The translations under genes and the position numbers were made by a program. Shown one piece after another: positions 1 to 8,487 of a stretch of 64,000 nucleotides of DNA (positions are counted from its first letter, which is position 1; every line of letters starts with the position of its first letter). This stretch comes from an uncultured Bacilli bacterium (GTDB taxonomy: Bacteria > Bacillota_I > Bacilli_A > RF39 > UBA660). The notes under the pieces are model-generated. The model was not told the DNA's origin, did not search any database, and worked only from the letters and a program-made list of their open reading frames with translations. The stretch covers positions 113,682 through 177,681 of the forward strand of contig CAKOHR010000002.1 in assembly GCA_934085825.1 (NCBI GenBank). The letters run 5' to 3'.

Positions 1-364
1 TATCCTCTTTTATTTCATATAAATTTTTAATATTTGCTATTAGTTTATTGTATTTTATATTCTTAGGTATAATATCAGCTTTGGTAAGTACCATTACTTT
101 TTTATTTTTTATTTTTTTGTAATACTTGATTACTTCAGTATCTATGTTTATAAAATCAGTTAAAAAGAAAACAAATGCATCTAGCTTATTTATTTTTTTT
201 ATTAATTCTTCATTATTTACTTTGACACCTTCACTCGTTAAAACATTATAGTTTTTTAGTTTAAAACATCTTTCACATAGTTCATTTTTTATCTCTGGTG
301 TAAATCCAGGTTCATTTTTGTTTTCAATTTGAAGTGATATTCCACATCCTTTACATTTAGTCAT
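1..364 (-). CDS. yqeH: Ribosome-biogenesis GTPase YqeH, N-terminal part (the gene continues beyond the window start)
   Basis: The minus-strand reading frame is open from the ATG at 364 to position 1. It encodes MTKCKGCGISLQIENKNEPGFTPEIKNELCERCFKL, i.e. the N-terminal CxxC...CxxC zinc finger typical of YqeH. Synteny with yqeG-yqeH supports the call. Confidence 0.7.
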   Translation of the reverse strand, partial: MTKCKGCGISLQIENKNEPGFTPEIKNELCERCFKLKNYNVLTSEGVKVNNEELIKKINKLDAFVFFLTDFINIDTEVIKYYKKIKNKKVMVLTKADIIPKNIKYNKLIANIKNLYEIKED

Positions 365-878
365 AATACACCCCGCTTACAAGAATATTCTTTTTAGCAA
401 ATTTATTTAATATTCTCTTTTCTATAAATCTATTTATTCTAGTTGGAAACATCTCATATTTAGCTACTTTATTTACTAATATACTGGTAAATCCCATTCT
501 ATTAGCACCAAGTATATCAGTTAAAAGTTGATCACCAATACAAGCTACTTCATTTATTTTAAATTTGTATAATGTAAGAATTTTTTTATACTTTCCTTTT
601 AAAGGTTTTTTGCTACTAAATGCAACATCTATATTTAATTTCTCTTTAAATGGTCTAAGACGATTTTTTCCACTATTAGATATAATAATCACTTTAAAGT
701 CAGCTTCTAATCTGGCGATAAGTTCTTTTACCTTTTGATCTGGTTCTGTAACTTTGTATGGTGCTATGGTATTGTCTAAGTCAAATAATAAGCATTTAAT
801 ACCATTTTTTTTTAACTTTTTGTAATTTATAGTATATATACTTTGAGCATATACATCGGGTATAAACAAATCAAGCAT
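357..878 (-). CDS. yqeG: YqeG-family HAD superfamily (IIIA) phosphatase
   Basis: LLFDLDNTIA (DxD motif), SNSG and GDQLLTDI HAD motifs; 173 aa; sits upstream of yqeH as in Bacillus. Confidence 0.75.
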   Translation of the reverse strand: MLDLFIPDVYAQSIYTINYKKLKKNGIKCLLFDLDNTIAPYKVTEPDQKVKELIARLEADFKVIIISNSGKNRLRPFKEKLNIDVAFSSKKPLKGKYKKILTLYKFKINEVACIGDQLLTDILGANRMGFTSILVNKVAKYEMFPTRINRFIEKRILNKFAKKNILVSGVYYD

Positions 879-976
879 AGTATCACTCTCTTTTCTTTTA
901 AAATTATACCATATGAAAAGAAAAAAAACAAAGAAAAAAACCGATATGAATTAATAACTATTAATTTACTCTCTTT

Positions 977-1004
977 AAAAAAAGTACTCAACACGAGTAC
1001 TTTA
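977..1004 (-). terminator. Rho-independent terminator downstream of the serpin gene
   Basis: Perfect 7-bp stem AGTACTC/GAGTACT with a 5-nt loop, an A-run on the plus side and a T-run on the minus side. Confidence 0.6.
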
Positions 1005-1157
1005 AAATATTAACATAACGGAAATATAAATTACTAGTAAAACAATGCTAACAACGGATATTCCTTTTATATTAATTTTATTTTCATCTTTCATATTGCC
1101 TCAACTATATCAGTATAGCAATAATTTTGCTTAACTACAAGCATTAATATCAAAACT

Positions 1158-2744
1158 TTACATCGGATTGTCACTTATAAAACAAGTTTCACTTTCATCA
1201 CAACTAATTGGCTCATAAACTGTACCAGCAAACCATGTTTCTTGACTATTTTTATCGCGAATGATGAACATGTAAGGTTTATCAAAAGTAATATCTATTT
1301 CTTCGACAGGAACATCATATAAGTATTCAAAATAACAATTTGCATCACCTGCTCCACCAACTGTAGTTGCAGCCGCAGCTTTAATGCCTTCATTAGAAAA
1401 CTCAATATTAGCTTTATGTTTTATTTCACTTATATATAAATTTTTATCACTACTTAAATTAATTAAATTAGCATGATTTGGAATAAAGACATTTGTAACT
1501 CCAAGAGATTCTAAATCTTTTTGAAGTTCAAGTTCATATTCAAACTTAAATATCGGCATAAGTCCAGTAATTCTCGTAATTTTTCCTTTTGTAAAATTAT
1601 TTATCTCAATTGTTTTTAACTTGCTTATATAATTATTAAGCTTTTTTGCATTAAGATTTTCAATAAATTTATCAAGTGAACTATTCTTTGGCATAAAGCC
1701 AATATATTCAAGTGATAATCCGTTGTAACTTTTTAAATCCTTTTGAAATACTTTAATGTCATCATCAACGTAAAAAGTATAATCGGTAGATGAGCCTACA
1801 TCTTTATAACCTTTATCAAGTTCTTTAATATATCTATTTAAAAATACATTTGTATCTTCATAATCACTTGGGTCACAATTGCCTTCAGCTTTCCATTTAT
1901 CATAAGCACTACCTACAGTTTTGCGAATACTTGCCTCACCAATCTCACTTACAATGTCATAATTATTAATTGATGATGCTATTTCTAAACCATTAACTAA
2001 GGCTTGATTATTAAATTTAATATATCTATAATAGTTAGAATCTAGCCATGATACACCAGTATAATAATCTTCATGAGGGTAAGAAACTGAGAAAGCATTA
2101 TAATATGATGTATGTTCATTATCATAAAGCATTCCTTCTGGTACTGGTTGGATAACATATTTCCATTCCATATCAATACCTAATGCATTAACCAAGAAGA
2201 AAAAATTATTGCTTGTATCATCCAACATATTAGGGATTAAACCAAGAGTTTGATTACTTATCCACTTATTAATATTATCTGGGGTTTTAAATGCATCATA
2301 TATTATTTCTGCATTATATTTTTCTTTAAGTAAATTTTTATATTCATCTTTAACACTCTTTTTATAATCATTTCTAATAAACATTGCATTTGCAAGCGAT
2401 ATGTTACTACTATTTGTGTATTTTTTAGTTTTATAATCTCCGATTATATTTTCTATTTGAGTTTTACTATCTTTATTAGTACCATCCTTTAGCATACTTA
2501 AAGCATATTTAATCGAAAGTGGGCTATAAATCTTATTCTTACTATTATTTTCTTTTTGCATAAAATATAAATCAAAATTATTTAAAGTATTATCACTTAT
2601 TTTATATTCCGAATTACTATTTTTAATACTAGTATCAACAGTTGTAAAAATATTCTTTTTAAATATAAAAAACACTACAGTACCTATTACAAGTATACCT
2701 ATTAAAACCCCGATGATAATTATTGTTTTCTTATTCTTTTTCAT
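1158..2744 (-). CDS. Membrane-anchored serpin (serine protease inhibitor) with an N-terminal TM segment
   Basis: Serpin hinge and reactive-loop signature NEGIKAAAATTV (cf. EEGTEAAAAT). C-terminal signature FDKPYMFIIRDKNSQETWFAGTVYEP (cf. FNRPFLFLIR...G.V.NP). N-terminal hydrophobic anchor TIIIIGVLIGILVIGTVVFFIF. Start placed at the internal ATG (2744), which has a GAGGAAAG Shine-Dalgarno sequence. Confidence 0.8.
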   Translation of the reverse strand: MKKNKKTIIIIGVLIGILVIGTVVFFIFKKNIFTTVDTSIKNSNSEYKISDNTLNNFDLYFMQKENNSKNKIYSPLSIKYALSMLKDGTNKDSKTQIENIIGDYKTKKYTNSSNISLANAMFIRNDYKKSVKDEYKNLLKEKYNAEIIYDAFKTPDNINKWISNQTLGLIPNMLDDTSNNFFFLVNALGIDMEWKYVIQPVPEGMLYDNEHTSYYNAFSVSYPHEDYYTGVSWLDSNYYRYIKFNNQALVNGLEIASSINNYDIVSEIGEASIRKTVGSAYDKWKAEGNCDPSDYEDTNVFLNRYIKELDKGYKDVGSSTDYTFYVDDDIKVFQKDLKSYNGLSLEYIGFMPKNSSLDKFIENLNAKKLNNYISKLKTIEINNFTKGKITRITGLMPIFKFEYELELQKDLESLGVTNVFIPNHANLINLSSDKNLYISEIKHKANIEFSNEGIKAAAATTVGGAGDANCYFEYLYDVPVEEIDITFDKPYMFIIRDKNSQETWFAGTVYEPISCDESETCFISDNPM

Positions 2745-2755
2745 AATTTCTTTCC

Positions 2756-3574
2756 TCACTTTTGACATTTTGGACAAAAATATGTGCTTCTACCACCAAT
2801 TTTAATATTTTCTATGAGTGTCCCACACACTTTACATTCCTTTCCTTCTCTTTTATGAACCATCAGATGTTGTTGAAACCTTCCTGTAACACCTAAAGAT
2901 GAAGTATAACTTTTAATCGTAGTTCCGCCATCTTTTATTGCGGCATCAATTATTTTCTTGCTAGCTTTAACTATTAAATCACACTCTTTTAAACTAATAT
3001 CTTTACCAAGTTTATTTGGACTTATTCTAGCATCAAACATTACTTCATTAGCATAAATATTGCCAAGTCCACTTATAATTGTTTGGTCTAAAAGTAAACT
3101 TTTAATGGGTATATTTTTCTTATGTATTTTATCATACAAATATTCTTTAGTAAGTTTTTCACTATTAGCTTCAATACCTTGTTTTTTTATAGCTTCAACC
3201 TTATCAATATCACTTTTTTTAACTAAATTCATTCTACCAAATTTTCTAGTATCATGATATCTTAGATCAGTTCCATCTTCAAATGATATTATTATATGCT
3301 CATGTTTAATTATTTCATCAGTACTTTTCTTAACAAAATATTTACCTTCCATTCTTAAATGACTAAGCAAGTAATAATCATTTAAGTCAAACATAAGCCA
3401 TTTCCCGATTCTATCTATATCAATAAATTTTCTACCTAATAAAATATCTTTAAAATCATTAATATCACTTTCAATAATCTTTGGATATATTATTTTTACA
3501 TCCACTATTTGTTTATTTAAAATCATTCTTTTTAAAGTATTTCTAACTGTTTCTACTTCTGCTATCTCTGGCAT
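2756..3574 (-). CDS. mutM: Formamidopyrimidine-DNA glycosylase (Fpg/MutM)
   Basis: N-terminal MPEIAEVETV (catalytic Pro2/Glu3); C-terminal zinc finger CKVCGTLI...CPKCQ; 272 aa. Confidence 0.9.
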   Translation of the reverse strand: MPEIAEVETVRNTLKRMILNKQIVDVKIIYPKIIESDINDFKDILLGRKFIDIDRIGKWLMFDLNDYYLLSHLRMEGKYFVKKSTDEIIKHEHIIISFEDGTDLRYHDTRKFGRMNLVKKSDIDKVEAIKKQGIEANSEKLTKEYLYDKIHKKNIPIKSLLLDQTIISGLGNIYANEVMFDARISPNKLGKDISLKECDLIVKASKKIIDAAIKDGGTTIKSYTSSLGVTGRFQQHLMVHKREGKECKVCGTLIENIKIGGRSTYFCPKCQK

Positions 3575-3577
3575 AAG

Positions 3578-4747
3578 CTAATCTCTCCCTTCCACAGAAA
3601 AATCTTGTGATGCAACAATTATATCTTCTGGATAATTAAAATTAAATCCATGTAAGCGATTAATTGTTTCCGTAGTAACGTTTACATACGCATAATTTAT
3701 TGTATCACCAGAATCGGCCCAAGTAAGATCCAAATGATAAAATTTACCATCAATTTTTACTAAATTCCATTCATGATAAACACCTGCAAATGCCGAATAA
3801 GATTCTAGACCTACCAGATTTGCAATAAAATTAAATGCTTGAGCATAATTATGACATTGACCATACCCTAAAACTAAAGGATAATATAAATCATGTGTTC
3901 CATTATTAGTACCATCTGTACTTTTATAAATCATTTTTTTAACAATAAATTCCGATATTTTAATTTCCTTTTCAAAATCTGTCATATCACTAGTTAAGGT
4001 ACTTGCAAAATTTTCAGCAACTTCTTTGGCTTCTTTGTAAGTTTTTATATTATTTTTATTCCATTCATATCTTTGGAAACTTTCACACCTTACATATGTA
4101 TCACTGCATCCACTTAGGCGTGTATTATCAAAATCTCTTTCATAAATTATATCATTATCTTTAAACTCATACAGATAAAAATTATTTAGACTATTATTTA
4201 ATATTTTATCAAGAGATGATACCATTACTTCTAAATTAGTTATATTGTTATTATAAAGTGTTGGCATATCTGTTAGATTATTTAATGAAGTAAGAACTGA
4301 TACATCTTCGATTTCATTTGAAAATAAGCTAAGTTTTTCTAAAGATGTTAAGTTTTTTAATGGACTTATATCTTTGATTTTATTTAAGTTAAGAAGAAGT
4401 ATTTTAAGTTTAGTAAGATTTTTTAATTTACTTATATCCTTGATGTTATTTTGACTCATAGATAAAGCTTCAAGATTTTTAAAGTATTCTATTCCTGATA
4501 TATCTTTGATATTTAAATTGTCTAAATAGAGACTTTTTATATTTAGGGCATCATTTATTTTTACTTCTTCGGTATTCATTATATTTTTTATAGCTTTTTC
4601 TAAGTTTTTATCTTTAAAAACTATTACATCACTTTCGATTATTTCTTCAGGAGTTTGGTTATCTTTGGCATTAAAATACTCAATACCAAAGATAATGCCA
4701 AGTAAAGACGTTATAATTAATAATAATATTATTACTTTTTTCATCAT
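3578..4747 (-). CDS. Secreted leucine-rich-repeat protein with a C-terminal transglutaminase-like (Cys-His-Asp) domain
   Basis: Signal/TM segment at the N-terminus. Tandem ~22-aa LRR units (LxxLxLxxNxIxDIS). C-terminal GQCHNYAQAF...HEWNLVKIDGKFYHLDLTWAD matches the transglutaminase-like cysteine protease core. Confidence 0.6.
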   Translation of the reverse strand: MMKKVIILLLIITSLLGIIFGIEYFNAKDNQTPEEIIESDVIVFKDKNLEKAIKNIMNTEEVKINDALNIKSLYLDNLNIKDISGIEYFKNLEALSMSQNNIKDISKLKNLTKLKILLLNLNKIKDISPLKNLTSLEKLSLFSNEIEDVSVLTSLNNLTDMPTLYNNNITNLEVMVSSLDKILNNSLNNFYLYEFKDNDIIYERDFDNTRLSGCSDTYVRCESFQRYEWNKNNIKTYKEAKEVAENFASTLTSDMTDFEKEIKISEFIVKKMIYKSTDGTNNGTHDLYYPLVLGYGQCHNYAQAFNFIANLVGLESYSAFAGVYHEWNLVKIDGKFYHLDLTWADSGDTINYAYVNVTTETINRLHGFNFNYPEDIIVASQDFSVEGRD

Positions 4748-7299
4748 TTTGCCTCATACCAATTATTACCTGTATCTATTTCTACTTTTAAAGGTACATT
4801 TAGCTTATAAACGTTTTCCATTTCTTCTTTAACAATATTTTTTATTTTTTCAAGTTCTTCGTTTTTACAATCTATTATTATTTCATCATGTACTTGAAGA
4901 AGTATTTTACTAGTTATGCCTTCATTTTTAAATCTATTATAAACCCTAATCATGGCTAGCTTCATAATATCAGCACTAGTACCTTGAATCGGAGTATTCA
5001 TTGCCATTCTTTCTCCCATTTGCTTAATCAAATAATTAGGATTATTAATCTCTTCAATAACTCTTCTTCTGCCAAATAGTGTTGTAACTCCACCAGTTTC
5101 TTTTGCTTCTTCTACTTTTTTATCTGTATATTCTTTTACTTCTGGATAAAGTGCGTGGAACTTATCTATATATTCTTCTGCATCTTTTCTTGAAATATGT
5201 AAGTTTTCTCCTAGGCCAAAGCCACTTATACCATAGATTATACCAAATATTACAGCTTTGGCGCATCTTCTCATTTGTTTTGTTACAGCTTCTTCAGGTA
5301 CTCCGAATACTTCACTTGCAACATGCGTATGAATATCTTCATTGTTATTAAATGCTTCGATTAAACTTGGACATTTAGATAAAGATGCCATAACTCTTAG
5401 CTCCACTTGACTATAATCACTACTTAAGAAACAATCATTCTCAGGAACAAATGCTTTTCTTATCTTTCTTCCTAGTTCTTCACGCACAGGTATATTTTGT
5501 AAATTTGGATCAGTTGATGAAAGCCTTCCAGTTCTAGTTAAAGTTTGCTTATATATCGTATGTATCTTACCATCTTCCAAAATATAGTTTGCTAAACCCT
5601 CAATATATGTGCTCTTAAGTTTGGCTAAATTTCTGTATTCTAGTATTTTTTCGATGATTGGGTGTTTGTCAACTAACTTTTCTAAAACTTTAACATCTGT
5701 TTTATAACCAGTTTTATTTTTCTTCCCCTTTGCTATTTGTAATTTTTCAAAAAGTATTTCTCCAAGTTGTTTAGGACTACCAATATTAAATTCTGTGCCT
5801 GCTAGTTCATATATTTCTCTAGTTAAAAGTTCAAGTTTTACTTCAAGTTCTAAAGACATATCTTTAAGCACATCTTCCCTACAAATTATACCAGTAGTTT
5901 CCATGTCTGCTAAAACTTTAACTAGAGGCATTTCTATATTTTCATATAAATCCATATATTTATTTTCATCTAAATTTTTCTTATATTCATCATTATTATC
6001 ATAAATAAATCTACTTCTTTTTATTACTTCCATTTCTATATTGCTAAATTTATCCTTTTTCATATTGTCATAATATAGAAAATTCTCTTCTGTTTGATTT
6101 GCTAAATATGCTAAATCATCTTTAATATTTAAATTTAAAAGATATGCTTCGATCATTAGATCATCTACAAAATTTATATCTGTTTTAAAGCTACATAACA
6201 CTTTCTTAGCATCATATGTTATTACATCAAAGGCTTTAATTTCTTCAAGAACACTTAATACATTTTCACCCGCAACATAGTAATTATTTAAACTATCACT
6301 TATACCCATTCCAAGTATATGTCCAATATGATAGTTTTCATTATCAAGTATTACTTCAATTGCTATCTTTTTATCTAATTCAATATTTTTTATACTACTT
6401 ATAGTTTTATATTCAAGTGTCTTTTCTTCTTTTTTAACTTCCATATTTTTTAAAAATGAGAAGAATTCTAAATCTTTAAAAAGTTCAACTAAATCATTAT
6501 TTACTTTTTGTTCATATTTTAAATCTTCAAGTACTATATTTAAAGGTACTTCCCTATATATAGTGGCTATTTTTTTACTTATAAAAGCCATTTCTTTATC
6601 ATTTTCTAGCTTTTCTTTAGTTTTACCAGTTATTTTATCTATATTATCATATAAGTTTTCTAAAGATTTATACTCTTGTAATAATTTTAAAGCTGTTTTT
6701 TCGCCGATACCTTTTACACCAGGGATGTTATCAGATGAATCCCCCATTAAGGCTTTTAAATCAATCATTCTAATTGGTTCAATGCCGTAGTCTTTCACAA
6801 ATGTTTCATGATTATATCTAATAAAACCACTTTGCTTTAGGAGTTTAACTTCTGTTTCATCACTTATAAGCTGTAGTAAATCTTTATCACTTGATACTAT
6901 GACTGATGCAAAATCTTTATCTTCTTCAGTCATTTTAACAATAGTTCCTACGATATCATCTGCTTCATATGGAGCAAGTTCAAAATGCTTAATTCCCATT
7001 TTATCAAGAATTTCTCTAGCAATTGGCATTTGAATTTTTAATTCTTCCGGTGTGTCTATTCTTCCTTCTTTATAAAAGTCATACTCTTCTTTTCTAAAGT
7101 TTTTACCTATATCAAAAGCAACAGCCATATAGGTTGGTTTTTCTTCCGCAATAATTTTATTCATCATTGAAACAAAACCAAATAAAGCGTTTGTTGGAAC
7201 ACCTTTAGAGTTTTTCATCATATTTCCTGTATAAGCAGTTGCGTAATAACTTCTAAACATTAAGTTATTTCCATCTATTAAAATAAGTTTTTTTACCAT
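4744..7299 (-). CDS. polA: DNA polymerase I
   Basis: 5'-3' exonuclease N-terminus (LILIDGNNLMFRSYYA); polymerase motifs A/B/C (DYSQVELR, RRCAKAVIFGIIYG, VHDE). Start placed at the ATG at 7299 with an AAGGGTGAT Shine-Dalgarno sequence; the tabled ORF starts at an upstream GTG. Confidence 0.9.
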   Translation of the reverse strand: MVKKLILIDGNNLMFRSYYATAYTGNMMKNSKGVPTNALFGFVSMMNKIIAEEKPTYMAVAFDIGKNFRKEEYDFYKEGRIDTPEELKIQMPIAREILDKMGIKHFELAPYEADDIVGTIVKMTEEDKDFASVIVSSDKDLLQLISDETEVKLLKQSGFIRYNHETFVKDYGIEPIRMIDLKALMGDSSDNIPGVKGIGEKTALKLLQEYKSLENLYDNIDKITGKTKEKLENDKEMAFISKKIATIYREVPLNIVLEDLKYEQKVNNDLVELFKDLEFFSFLKNMEVKKEEKTLEYKTISSIKNIELDKKIAIEVILDNENYHIGHILGMGISDSLNNYYVAGENVLSVLEEIKAFDVITYDAKKVLCSFKTDINFVDDLMIEAYLLNLNIKDDLAYLANQTEENFLYYDNMKKDKFSNIEMEVIKRSRFIYDNNDEYKKNLDENKYMDLYENIEMPLVKVLADMETTGIICREDVLKDMSLELEVKLELLTREIYELAGTEFNIGSPKQLGEILFEKLQIAKGKKNKTGYKTDVKVLEKLVDKHPIIEKILEYRNLAKLKSTYIEGLANYILEDGKIHTIYKQTLTRTGRLSSTDPNLQNIPVREELGRKIRKAFVPENDCFLSSDYSQVELRVMASLSKCPSLIEAFNNNEDIHTHVASEVFGVPEEAVTKQMRRCAKAVIFGIIYGISGFGLGENLHISRKDAEEYIDKFHALYPEVKEYTDKKVEEAKETGGVTTLFGRRRVIEEINNPNYLIKQMGERMAMNTPIQGTSADIMKLAMIRVYNRFKNEGITSKILLQVHDEIIIDCKNEELEKIKNIVKEEMENVYKLNVPLKVEIDTGNNWYEAK

Positions 7300-7520
7300 A
7301 CTTATCACCCTTAAATATATAATAACATTTTAATCAAAAAAAAGCTATATTTTTAAATATATTAAAATAAATGTTAAGATTATGTAATATTTTATTTTCC
7401 CATAAAACCTGCGCAATTAGCTTGAATATCCCGAATTTTGTCATCTTTTGTCGACCAATTTTTCTTGACTTATTTTAAGTATTAAGTCTAGAATATAGTC
7501 CTATATGAAGGAGGAAAATT

Positions 7521-8471
7521 ATGTTAACTACTCAAACAAAATTTTATGGCTTTAATTACGATAAAATGTTTAAAGCTATATTTATCGGGCCTAAAAAAGA
7601 AAGAACACATTTATTGTGTGAATTACTCAGCGAATGTTTAAAAATTAAAATCGATAAAATTCTTAAATTTATTCCTGTTGAACTTAGCATTAGACAAAAA
7701 AAAGAAAGATATAAAAGGTTGGATTTGCTTCTTGAAGCAGAGGGAAGAAAAATAAATTTGGAACTTAATTCATCTTATAGTGAAAGCACAAGAATTAGAA
7801 ATTTAAACTACTATTTTTCTTTTTGTAGTCAACAAGCAGTTGCTGGTGATGCTTATGATACTGAATCGGACTTTATTCACATCTCGCTTAATTATAACGT
7901 AGATGATAACACTCCTTTAATAAAGTGTTATACTCTTTATGATAAAAGCCACAACATTGAATTTGATTCGAGATTTAAATACTATGAAATTAATGTTGAA
8001 AAATTTGCAAAACTTTGGTATGATAATGACATAGAAAGCGCTAGAAAAAATCCACTTTTAACTATGATTGGCATAAAAGATGAAAAAGAATTAGAAAAAT
8101 ATTCAATTGAAATGGATAACTCTAGTATCAAGGAGAGTGTTGATAGTTTGAAAAGATTAAATAGTGATGCTGCTTTTGTTTATGACATTACACCTGAAGA
8201 AGATGAAATATTAATTAAAAACACCATTAAGAAATTGGCTAGAAAAGAAGGTTTGGCAGAAGGCCGTGCTGAAGGTCGTGCTGAAGGTCGTGCTGAAGGT
8301 CGTGTTGAAGGTCGTGCTGAAGGTCGTACTGAAGGCTTTGCTGAAGGAGCAGAAGATACAAAAAGAATAATAGCGATTAATATGATAAAGGCCAATATTT
8401 CAATAGAACAAATATCAAACTTGACAGGTTTAGCAGAAAATGAAATAAAAAAAATTGAAAAAGAAATTTAA
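7521..8471 (+). CDS. Rpn-family (YhgA-like) PD-(D/E)XK nuclease / putative transposase with an internal EGRA tandem repeat
   Basis: N-terminal FGFNYDKMFKAIF...RLDLLLEAEGRKINLELNS is the PD-(D/E)XK core typical of Rpn/TIGR01784 proteins. Family-typical C-terminal helix region (IAINMIKANISIEQISNLTGL). Six in-frame EGRA/EGRV/EGRT repeats. GGAGG Shine-Dalgarno sequence. Confidence 0.6.
   Translation: MLTTQTKFYGFNYDKMFKAIFIGPKKERTHLLCELLSECLKIKIDKILKFIPVELSIRQKKERYKRLDLLLEAEGRKINLELNSSYSESTRIRNLNYYFSFCSQQAVAGDAYDTESDFIHISLNYNVDDNTPLIKCYTLYDKSHNIEFDSRFKYYEINVEKFAKLWYDNDIESARKNPLLTMIGIKDEKELEKYSIEMDNSSIKESVDSLKRLNSDAAFVYDITPEEDEILIKNTIKKLARKEGLAEGRAEGRAEGRAEGRVEGRAEGRTEGFAEGAEDTKRIIAINMIKANISIEQISNLTGLAENEIKKIEKEI
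8230..8345 (+). repeat. In-frame 12-bp tandem repeat (gaaggtcgtgct, ~8 units) inside the Rpn-family gene
   Basis: Direct reading of the sequence; units are locally GC-richer than the genome and encode EGRA x6 with variants. Confidence 0.8.
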
Positions 8472-8487
8472 CTTTTTCATTTTTTTA

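Noticed and set aside
8230-8345. A tandem 12-bp repeat array that could be mistaken for a CRISPR array.
   Set aside because: The units are contiguous with no spacers, in frame, and coding (EGRA repeats within an intact ORF). There is no cas context.
8180-8395. 71-aa minus-strand ORF with PSARPSARPS repeats.
   Set aside because: It is the antisense reading of the EGRA coding repeats inside the Rpn-family gene, an artefact of repeat symmetry.
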